DNA of 34,270 nucleotides, taken from a virus. The notes beneath the pieces were generated by a model that saw only the letters and a list, made by a program, of their open reading frames with translations, did not search any database and was not told the origin of the DNA. Position numbers and translations under genes: made by a program. The DNA lies in the IMG/VR virus record IMGVR_UViG_3300045988_110945, positions 1-34,270 of that record; one strand, given 5' to 3'. Within the stretch, counting starts at the first letter, position 1, and each line of letters begins with the position of its first letter. This document shows, in pieces, positions 25,440 to 34,270 of the stretch.

Positions 25440-27338
25440 ATGAACATAAAAATTGAAGATTTAATTGAGAAACTAGAACAGAGCTACGACTTTATGCAAA
25501 AGGCGACGAAAGGGTTCGCTGAAAGGAACGAGCAAATCTTTTATCGTAAACCCCCAGCAGGGGAAGTCGATAGCAAAATGGACTATTCCGAGTTGGTGGA
25601 CAACACCCTGTCGTCTTACATAGAGAAAACGCCGAAGAATGTTATTCAAAGGCTACCGACATTCACCGTCGACGCCCACGCACAAAGTAAAGTAGAAGAC
25701 TTGAAATATGAATACATTGCGAACAAGATTATCCTAAGGAACAATACTCCTGAGGGGTATTCGTTGCTACAAAAGCACTGGATAGCATTACGCAACGCTA
25801 TGGCTTTTGGTGCTTGTGCTGTGTATTTCCCATTCACCAGGAATAAGACCGAGTTCACTGTTGGTTTTGAGATTATCTTCTGGGGGGATTTGTTCCCTGA
25901 AGCTTACGCGTCAAGCATTAACAGTGCCAACTATATTCAATTCCGCACAATGAAAACTAAGACTTCTATCGAGAAGCTGATTAACGGCACGGACAAGGGC
26001 GACGCTGAAGACGGCAAATGGAATATAGAAGGATTGAAGAAAGTCCTTGAGTATGGCAAGGGTGCGTCTTTGGGGCGCGAGGAAACAAATCATACTTATG
26101 CATCTTTACTCAACATTCCAGAAGGATTGTATGAGTTGTTTGTTTATGTAGATGACGATTGGATTATCACTTACCATTACCAATCGGCGACTATTCTACG
26201 CGTAGTCAAGAACACCAGCGGTTACAGGCGTGTTTTGGGATTGTATTCAGACTTTGACGGTATAAACATTATGGGTCGTTCTTTGGTCGAGATGGGCTAT
26301 GGTGCACAGCAAGCTTTGACATCACTACTACGCAACTTCATTTACACAGTGGATTACAATACGGAACCTGCTAAGTTTGTGAAGGGTATAGGGCTGGATG
26401 AAGACAACTTCGAACTTGAAAAGGGGAATACGATGTTCCTAAACGACGAAGACGGTTCAATGCAATTGTTGCCGATTGACACGACAGTTATTCAAAACTT
26501 CCCAAGTTTGTTCAGTCTGGTGAAGTCAGTGTTGCTATCGTCATTGCCAAGCTCAAACGACAGCTCTATCTCTGCAGAGGTTGGCGACCCAACTTATTCA
26601 AAGACGCAAGCAGGTGTGAATAGCCAAGACCGTAAGGCAGATATTGAGAACAACTATTATCGAAAGAATTATGAGCAGTTCTTTGAGGCAGCTCTTGAGG
26701 CTCAGATTAACATATACATCTCTGAGATAAGGAAGATAGCTGAGGCGAATGAACAATCCCAGTTGGTTATTAAACTTGATAGTGAATACATAAACCTCAT
26801 AGAGCAGGAAGACCCTTCTCAGATTATAAACGGCGACAGCGTGATTATAGACACCAGTAAAGTTCAGCAGGTGAACATCTCTGTCGATTTCGAAAGTACA
26901 CGTCAAATGGCTAAGGAAGAAGACTTGAAACGATTGAACACATTTATGACAGGGTTCTTTGAAGTCGCTAAGGCAGACCCAAGCGTAGCTAAGGGAGTAC
27001 GAGAAGCACTACCATACTTGATTGAGGAATTAACGAAGAGTTCCAACCTAGAAAGCAGTTCTAAGATTGCTGAAGCAGTCAAGGCGGGATTGGAAACCGC
27101 CAAGCAAGAAGAAGCCGAACAGGCACAACTCGAGCAACAAGCACAACAAGCACAACAAACACAACAGCAGTCTGCTCAGATGGCGGAGATAAAAGCCCCG
27201 TCAGTTTCTATAGCATTTAAGGACTTGCCACCAGCAGGTAAGATACAAGCGGCGGCGAAATATGGCATTCAGTTGACTGAGGCTGACGTAACACCACAAC
27301 CAGCATATCCACAGCCAGAGGAGGTAGAGTATGTATAA
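25440..27338 (+). CDS. Large virion protein (632 aa) with a Gln/Glu-rich helical C-terminus; possible portal, by analogy to the P22 portal barrel.
   Basis: The C-terminal AKQEEAEQAQLEQQAQQAQQTQQQ is glutamine-rich and predicted helical, like the P22 portal barrel. The size is compatible, but the position is atypical. Confidence 0.3.
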   Translation: MNIKIEDLIEKLEQSYDFMQKATKGFAERNEQIFYRKPPAGEVDSKMDYSELVDNTLSSYIEKTPKNVIQRLPTFTVDAHAQSKVEDLKYEYIANKIILRNNTPEGYSLLQKHWIALRNAMAFGACAVYFPFTRNKTEFTVGFEIIFWGDLFPEAYASSINSANYIQFRTMKTKTSIEKLINGTDKGDAEDGKWNIEGLKKVLEYGKGASLGREETNHTYASLLNIPEGLYELFVYVDDDWIITYHYQSATILRVVKNTSGYRRVLGLYSDFDGINIMGRSLVEMGYGAQQALTSLLRNFIYTVDYNTEPAKFVKGIGLDEDNFELEKGNTMFLNDEDGSMQLLPIDTTVIQNFPSLFSLVKSVLLSSLPSSNDSSISAEVGDPTYSKTQAGVNSQDRKADIENNYYRKNYEQFFEAALEAQINIYISEIRKIAEANEQSQLVIKLDSEYINLIEQEDPSQIINGDSVIIDTSKVQQVNISVDFESTRQMAKEEDLKRLNTFMTGFFEVAKADPSVAKGVREALPYLIEELTKSSNLESSSKIAEAVKAGLETAKQEEAEQAQLEQQAQQAQQTQQQSAQMAEIKAPSVSIAFKDLPPAGKIQAAAKYGIQLTEADVTPQPAYPQPEEVEYV

Positions 27339-27588
27339 CTCCAGCGAGGTTTTACAGAGGGGGGCGTATAGAGATACGTTCAAGACTGGTCGAGAGAAAG
27401 AAGCCCCAAAGAACATTACTGAGGTAGACAAGATAAATAGGGTGCTTGATAAATACATATCAAAATATTCATCGACAGTAGGCGTCAGGGAGGAAGCTAG
27501 GAAGAATAAAAGAACTAATGACTACCAGCTAGACTTGAGTGCTGATATCGTGGAAATCCTAACAGAAGTAAAAAACAAATTGAGGTAA
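27331..27588 (+). CDS. Small structural-module protein (85 aa).
   Basis: A good SD (GAGGAGG) is present, with an 8-nt overlap with the upstream gene. Confidence 0.45.
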   Translation: MYNSSEVLQRGAYRDTFKTGREKEAPKNITEVDKINRVLDKYISKYSSTVGVREEARKNKRTNDYQLDLSADIVEILTEVKNKLR

Positions 27589-27594
27589 ACAAAA

Positions 27595-28287
27595 ATGGCA
27601 ACGGTAAAACAAATAATTGAAAAAGCATACACAAAAGTCAACGGTGAATACGAGCAGGTCATAGAGGGGAGCGACGACTTCAACACTTACTTGAATGTGC
27701 TAAACCAATCTATGGAAGCACTTGCTCATATGCCATACATAAAGTGGCAAAGGTACTTTGATATAGATTATAGACTGCCAGAAAAGATAGAGCAGGGTAA
27801 ACTGGCATATACCATACCAGATATAAACAAACTGACCGTTTCAGACACTCCGTATGACTGTGTGAGGTTCATCGACGACCAAGGCAAGACGGTTGCAGAG
27901 TACAAGTTGATTGACAACGCGAAGTTCAATGCGTCAGAAGGAAACGGTGTTTGTACGTTGGCTGGAGATAAAATACGGTTTAAGAATATTCCTGAAAAGT
28001 TGATAGGTTGCGAGATATCTTTACCTGTTTATCACGACCCGAAAGTTTACACTTCAGGCTCTGAAGAGGTGGATATCGACAGTGTGCCGTGGCTAGTAGC
28101 AACAATGTCTGCCACTTTGTGCGATGCAAGCCCAGTACCGTTTATTGCCCGTAACGCAGACAGATACTACAAGCAAGCAGATATCTTTATGAAAGAAATG
28201 CGTAGAAGTAACAAACGAACACAAACACTAATAATTAAAAGTGCTATCCCGAGGGAACCTAAAAGAATAGCATTCAAGGATATGTGA
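27595..28287 (+). CDS. Virion structural protein (230 aa).
   Basis: The ORF has an SD and tight spacing. Confidence 0.45.
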   Translation: MATVKQIIEKAYTKVNGEYEQVIEGSDDFNTYLNVLNQSMEALAHMPYIKWQRYFDIDYRLPEKIEQGKLAYTIPDINKLTVSDTPYDCVRFIDDQGKTVAEYKLIDNAKFNASEGNGVCTLAGDKIRFKNIPEKLIGCEISLPVYHDPKVYTSGSEEVDIDSVPWLVATMSATLCDASPVPFIARNADRYYKQADIFMKEMRRSNKRTQTLIIKSAIPREPKRIAFKDM

Positions 28288-28288
28288 T

Positions 28289-30376
<2,088 letters not shown>

Positions 30377-30430
30377 CAATATGATAAAATTAGTGTGTAA
30401 AACGATAAAAAACAAATAAAGGAGAAAAAA

Positions 30431-31585
30431 ATGATACCTATTATAGGATGGAAACAAGATAAGCACGTTGGCGGCGGCGGAGGCGGCGGAGGCGGCGGCG
30501 GCTGGGGAGGCGACGCACCTCAATCCAGCGGCGGTGTGTTCTGGCTCGGCGAAGACGGAAACGTTTGGGTGAAGGGTGCAGGCGGCACACACTCAGCAGG
30601 TCGTTGGGACGGAAATACAACTAACTATTGGCAATCACGAGGCTTTTCATTTATCCCAAATCCAAACCCTAGCCGACGAGGTGGCGGCGGTTATGTCAGT
30701 GGTGACGGTGGCTTCAGAGGCGGTTTTGGTGGCGGCGGTGGTTATTCAGCACCTGCGAAGAAACTTGACCAAGACCAGATAAACAGCTTGAATGGCTTAC
30801 TCGGCGTATACGACGCGAAACGAAATACTCAGCGAGAAAAAGCTCGATTGACACACGACGCACACGTCAATGAAAAGCAAGAAGAGCGTACCAAAGAGAA
30901 GAAAAAGTACGACGGCAAGAAACTGTCGACGATGCAAGATTTCGGTATGGCTAAGAATGACACCGATATCAACACCCGAAACACGCTAGAGGGTCTTATC
31001 AGCTCTCTATCGACAATGGGTGTTGGCGGCTCACGTGCATTGGCTCGTCGCATTCTAAGCTCTGCTAACCGCTCGAACCGACAGGCGAACGCAACATACG
31101 CTAAGAACTCACAAGCTCTAGACACAGCTTGGAACGAGTTCGACGCCGCAAACAGGAATGACTTAGCAAAGATTGAAGACCAATACAAGTACGACCTTGC
31201 AGAGGCAGACAAAGAGTGGGGACAGAACCGTCAAAACACTTTGTACAAGATGGCAGACGTTTACAATGCCGCAGACAACCACGGCGAACGAACCCGCTTG
31301 ATGAATGAGGGTAACGGCTTGAATGGCTATATCTCAAACGCTCGTTTCGTCAATCCACAATACACAGGTAAATTGAACGTTATGGCGGCTCCAGAATTGT
31401 CGAGCTACTCACAAGACATCGCTAAATACGATACGTCAGCTATCGGCAACGACGGTACGGAGTTGATTAACCCAGACGGAACGACAACCCCAGGAAATCT
31501 AGCTATCAAAGCCGTTGCGATGAGTGATAAAGACTTAGGTGTCAAGAAGCGAATTGAAGGTGAAGACCCTGTTTACGGAGTTTAA
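30431..31585 (+). CDS. Gly-rich virion protein (384 aa) with a (GGC/GGA)n-encoded poly-Gly N-terminus; tail-fibre or baseplate-like.
   Basis: GGGGGGGGGGGWGG is encoded by a GGC repeat at 30470-30505. A second Gly-rich tract lies at residues 90-115. Confidence 0.5.
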   Translation: MIPIIGWKQDKHVGGGGGGGGGGGWGGDAPQSSGGVFWLGEDGNVWVKGAGGTHSAGRWDGNTTNYWQSRGFSFIPNPNPSRRGGGGYVSGDGGFRGGFGGGGGYSAPAKKLDQDQINSLNGLLGVYDAKRNTQREKARLTHDAHVNEKQEERTKEKKKYDGKKLSTMQDFGMAKNDTDINTRNTLEGLISSLSTMGVGGSRALARRILSSANRSNRQANATYAKNSQALDTAWNEFDAANRNDLAKIEDQYKYDLAEADKEWGQNRQNTLYKMADVYNAADNHGERTRLMNEGNGLNGYISNARFVNPQYTGKLNVMAAPELSSYSQDIAKYDTSAIGNDGTELINPDGTTTPGNLAIKAVAMSDKDLGVKKRIEGEDPVYGV

Positions 31586-31587
31586 TT

Positions 31588-32481
31588 ATGTCAGAAACGT
31601 TAGAAAAGTTCGGAAAAGCTAGTGCTAATAACAAAAAGTCTGAAGCAACTACAGTGAAGACTGCTCGCCAACCTGGCGAGTCAGTCCTCTCCTGTTTTGA
31701 CTTGAGTAGCTTCTCGACAACTCACCCAGTGTTCTTTGTAACCTACAAAAAAATACCAGACCCTGACAATGCAAAAGAAGTAAAAATCATCAATGAAACA
31801 AGCTGGCAAGCCAAGGTCAATCCAGACAATAACACCTTGACGAACCTGACTTTGGCACCAGGGTATACAGATATTGGGAATGAAGTTGGCGATTGCGTTG
31901 AGTGTATTCCAACTGCATTTTGGGCAAATAGTCTTATTGACGGTCTAAATAACTCCTTGGACAACAATGGTAAGATAAAACCAGAGGCTGTACCAAGTGT
32001 CACAGCAGCAATCAAAGAAAAGTCTATCACGGCTGACAAGATAGACTTTACGACTATACCAATGTTTTCAGCTACTTCATCTAAGTGGGAAGTTTTGCCA
32101 CAAAATCAGTTTACTATCGTAAAATACGACAATGTCGCCTATGACACTGCAAAAATGTACGACACGAAGACATTCACGGCTAAAGTACCTAAAGACGGTG
32201 TTTACCATATCGACGCAAGAACAGGTATAGCACAAACTGGCTTCTTCTCTGGATATACCGAATATATAAGCATATTTAAGAACGGCACAATGATTAAAGA
32301 ATCCAATCGCACCCGAGGTACAGATAACGACCGACATTTGCCACGACCAAGTTTATCTGTAGATTTACTCTTAAAAAAGAATGATGAAATCAATATACGA
32401 GCATTCTGTAGCGACCAGCGTAATTACGGTGGCGATAGTACTATCAGCGAATTCAGTATGCGGCTGGTAGGAATAATCTAG
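31588..32481 (+). CDS. Putative receptor-binding (tail fibre/spike tip) protein, 297 aa. The constant N-terminal half ends at the KIDFTT motif (IR-L) and is followed by variable C-terminal domain A.
   Basis: It is the last structural gene before the lysis cassette. IR-L (32036-32054) lies in-frame at its mid-point. Confidence 0.5.
   Translation: MSETLEKFGKASANNKKSEATTVKTARQPGESVLSCFDLSSFSTTHPVFFVTYKKIPDPDNAKEVKIINETSWQAKVNPDNNTLTNLTLAPGYTDIGNEVGDCVECIPTAFWANSLIDGLNNSLDNNGKIKPEAVPSVTAAIKEKSITADKIDFTTIPMFSATSSKWEVLPQNQFTIVKYDNVAYDTAKMYDTKTFTAKVPKDGVYHIDARTGIAQTGFFSGYTEYISIFKNGTMIKESNRTRGTDNDRHLPRPSLSVDLLLKKNDEINIRAFCSDQRNYGGDSTISEFSMRLVGII
32036..32054. repeat. IR-L: ACAAGATAGACTTTACGAC, a perfect 19-bp inverted repeat whose partner is at 32846-32864.
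   Basis: An exact reverse-complement match was verified base by base. Confidence 0.85.
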
Positions 32482-32482
32482 T

Positions 32483-32883
32483 CTATTGTCCAATTGCTAT
32501 CCAGTTAAAGTAGTAAGCACCCTCTAGCCAAGACCCGTCAAAACGACGAATAGTTGCCTTAAATGATGAGTTAGTAATCGCTAATGCACTCATTGACGCG
32601 CCACCCCAGTTATCTTTCGGAGCGTCTGTCCAGTCGTCGCCTGAATTGGGGGTATATCCGATGAATGTACAGACCACCACAGGGAACGTACCGCTCTTAA
32701 ACTGTTTTGGAAATTGTATATTGGCGGTAGCTTCAGACGGGCGGTTATTACCTACTAATATTCTGGCAGTACCGCACTGTATATTCACAGACTTATCGGT
32801 AGTCGTGTCATTGCGCTTTACTTTTACTTTTTCTGCAAGTGGCATTGTCGTAAAGTCTATCTTGTGCGAATTAGTAGACCGCA
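32483..32883 (-). CDS. Inverted alternative C-terminal cassette for the receptor-binding protein (133 aa from ATG 32883; ORF open to 33031). It begins MRSTNSHKIDFTTMPL.
   Basis: It is convergent with the 297-aa gene, with stop codons 1 nt apart. It shares KIDFTT, encoded by IR-R, in the same frame. It has no SD of its own, consistent with a silent cassette. Confidence 0.45.
32846..32864. repeat. IR-R: GTCGTAAAGTCTATCTTGT, the reverse complement of IR-L.
   Basis: Verified base by base. Confidence 0.85.
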
Positions 32884-32939
32884 TATACTGTATTATGCTA
32901 GAATAAGAAAAAGAGATATAAAATAAAAAAAGAGGGTGT

Positions 32940-33317
32940 ATGGACAACACAGACAAAGAAGTATCAGCAAAAGAGTTTGGAGCGTTGGGGGCGGACGTTA
33001 TACATATTAAAGAGAGTGTCGACAGGCACACTGTTACGCTAGAGCGAATTGAAAATATCGCTCGTGCTAACGTTACTCAAGCACAGCTTAAAGCGTACAT
33101 TGCAGAACACGAAAAAGAATCAGAAGAGAAATACGTCAAACGTACTGAAGTCGAGGGCGTTATGAACTTCTGGAGCCTTGTAACAAGCAATTTAGCGAAA
33201 TTATTCGCAATCGCACTTGTAGGATTGGCTATTTACGCAACTAACAACTTAATTCAGCAAAATAAAACCGTTACGGAATTACAAGAAGAAGTTCAACAAA
33301 CAGTAAGGAGGAAATAA
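32940..33317 (+). CDS. XhlA-like lysis-associated membrane protein (125 aa): an N-terminal coiled coil and a C-terminal TM segment.
   Basis: LAKLFAIALVGLAIYATNNL is a single C-terminal TM after a charged helical region. It lies immediately upstream of the endolysin. Confidence 0.4.
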   Translation: MDNTDKEVSAKEFGALGADVIHIKESVDRHTVTLERIENIARANVTQAQLKAYIAEHEKESEEKYVKRTEVEGVMNFWSLVTSNLAKLFAIALVGLAIYATNNLIQQNKTVTELQEEVQQTVRRK

Positions 33318-33318
33318 T

Positions 33319-34270
33319 ATGATAGAAAAAGCACTAGCTTGGTTTTACGCACGTAAAGGTCGAGTTTTTTATTCAATGGAAAGTCGAAATGGTCCAAATT
33401 CGTATGACTGCTCAAGCTCTGTATACCACGCATTAAAAGAAGCAGGTCTTTTACCTGCTAGTTACTGGATTGGCAATACAGACACACTATTTGACGCTCT
33501 GGAAAAGAACGGCTGGGTACGACTGTCTGAGGACGCTAACGGCGAAGCAGACACACAACGTGGAGATGTCTTCATCTGGGGTATTCGTGGCAATTCAGGT
33601 GGTGCATTAGGCCATACAGGAATGTTTGTGGACGCAGATAATGTCATTAACTGTCGCTATCAAGCAGGTATTGTAATAGACAATCACGACTGGCTCTGGA
33701 GTGCCTCAGGCTGTCCTCCATACGCATTCTATCGATACGTAGGCAAACCAAAAGAAGCTAAGCGTGTAGCACTTCCTGAGGTGTATTACGCAGATGAAGT
33801 AGCGACTGTATTCGACTTACGACAGATTAGATGCAACCGACTAATTGATAATTTCGATTGGGAGGACAACGGCATACCTGCGTCTGTAGCAGTGAGAACA
33901 GATAAAGACGGCTATCTACTAGATGGTGAGATAAATACAGGAGATTACTTCCGAGTTGTCGGCTCAACGGAGATATTAGACGAAACTACCGAGAACAACA
34001 AACGCTATCTACAACTGAAAATGGCAGATGACGGTATTTGGGTATTGGCGGAGCGAGTACGTGAATTAGCGAATGGAGATGCAGGTACACCACGACCGCA
34101 ACCACGCCCTCAGCCACAACCAGCACCAAAGACACCAGAATTGCAACAAGCACCTCAAGTCAAAGAAAAGCCACAGGAGCAACCGCTAGCACCACAACCA
34201 ACCAACGAAGACGTGATGAGGTCTATCGGCAAATTAAGTCAAGATATCGCTAAGAATAAAAGTTTATTAG
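33319..34270 (+). CDS. Endolysin, Amidase_5 family (Pal/LambdaSa2-like N-terminal catalytic domain). It continues across the junction to 102, giving a total of about 350 aa.
   Basis: GPNSYDCSSSVYHALKEAG and GHTGMFVD match the Amidase_5 catalytic region. The SD is AGGAGG. The frame is open to the window end. Confidence 0.65.
   Translation, partial: MIEKALAWFYARKGRVFYSMESRNGPNSYDCSSSVYHALKEAGLLPASYWIGNTDTLFDALEKNGWVRLSEDANGEADTQRGDVFIWGIRGNSGGALGHTGMFVDADNVINCRYQAGIVIDNHDWLWSASGCPPYAFYRYVGKPKEAKRVALPEVYYADEVATVFDLRQIRCNRLIDNFDWEDNGIPASVAVRTDKDGYLLDGEINTGDYFRVVGSTEILDETTENNKRYLQLKMADDGIWVLAERVRELANGDAGTPRPQPRPQPQPAPKTPELQQAPQVKEKPQEQPLAPQPTNEDVMRSIGKLSQDIAKNKSLL
34216..34270. repeat. A 55-bp terminal duplication identical to bases 1-55, marking the circularisation overlap of a complete genome.
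   Basis: Exact identity between the window start and end. Confidence 0.9.

Noticed and set aside
32883-33031. N-terminal extension of the minus-strand cassette ORF (MCLSTLSLICITS...).
   Set aside because: It runs antisense through the start of the XhlA-like gene and its promoter. The open frame is probably fortuitous. The meaningful part begins at the KIDFTT motif.

Overview
The window appears to be a complete, circularised genome of about 34.2 kb from a double-stranded DNA phage infecting a Gram-positive host. Bases 34216-34270 repeat bases 1-55 exactly, so the unit length is 34,215 bp, and the endolysin gene runs across that junction. No integrase or repressor is recognisable, so it is probably virulent.

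An AT-rich, gene-free control region at about 13330-13900 divides two transcription units. Leftward genes (13328 down to 503, minus strand) are early/DNA-metabolism functions:
- YqaJ-type exonuclease, Sak4-like ATPase and an SSB-like protein
- VRR-NUC nuclease plus SNF2 helicase
- a MoxR/CbbQ-type AAA+ ATPase with an unknown partner and an HNH endonuclease
- a Prim-Pol with a CHC2 zinc finger
- several small membrane-anchored or secreted proteins
- a tRNA-Asn(GUU) next to a roughly 560 bp gene-free, heavily structured region

Rightward genes (13904 to the end, wrapping to 366, plus strand) begin with a putative SF3-type helicase. They continue with a small zinc-finger ORF, the large terminase subunit, an acidic scaffold-like protein, a 277-aa capsid-like protein, a 1520-aa low-complexity virion protein, further large structural proteins, and a lysis cassette (XhlA-like protein, Amidase_5-type endolysin, two-TM holin). 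No major tail or tail-tube gene is recognisable, so the virion may be podovirus-like with an unusual gene order.

The most striking observation is a perfect 19-bp inverted repeat at 32036-32054 and 32846-32864. It sits in-frame inside two convergent ORFs that both encode the motif KIDFTT at that position. This is the layout of a Mu G-segment-like invertible switch for the C-terminal domain of a receptor-binding protein, yet no invertase gene is visible. Other notable points are the phage tRNA-Asn and its structured non-coding neighbour, an uncharacterised AAA+ ATPase module, repeated GCCCGCATA motifs inside the replication module, many simple-sequence repeats in virion genes, and an endolysin with a proline-rich linker and a cationic amphipathic C-terminal tail. 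All domain calls come from motif recognition by eye; no database search was possible.
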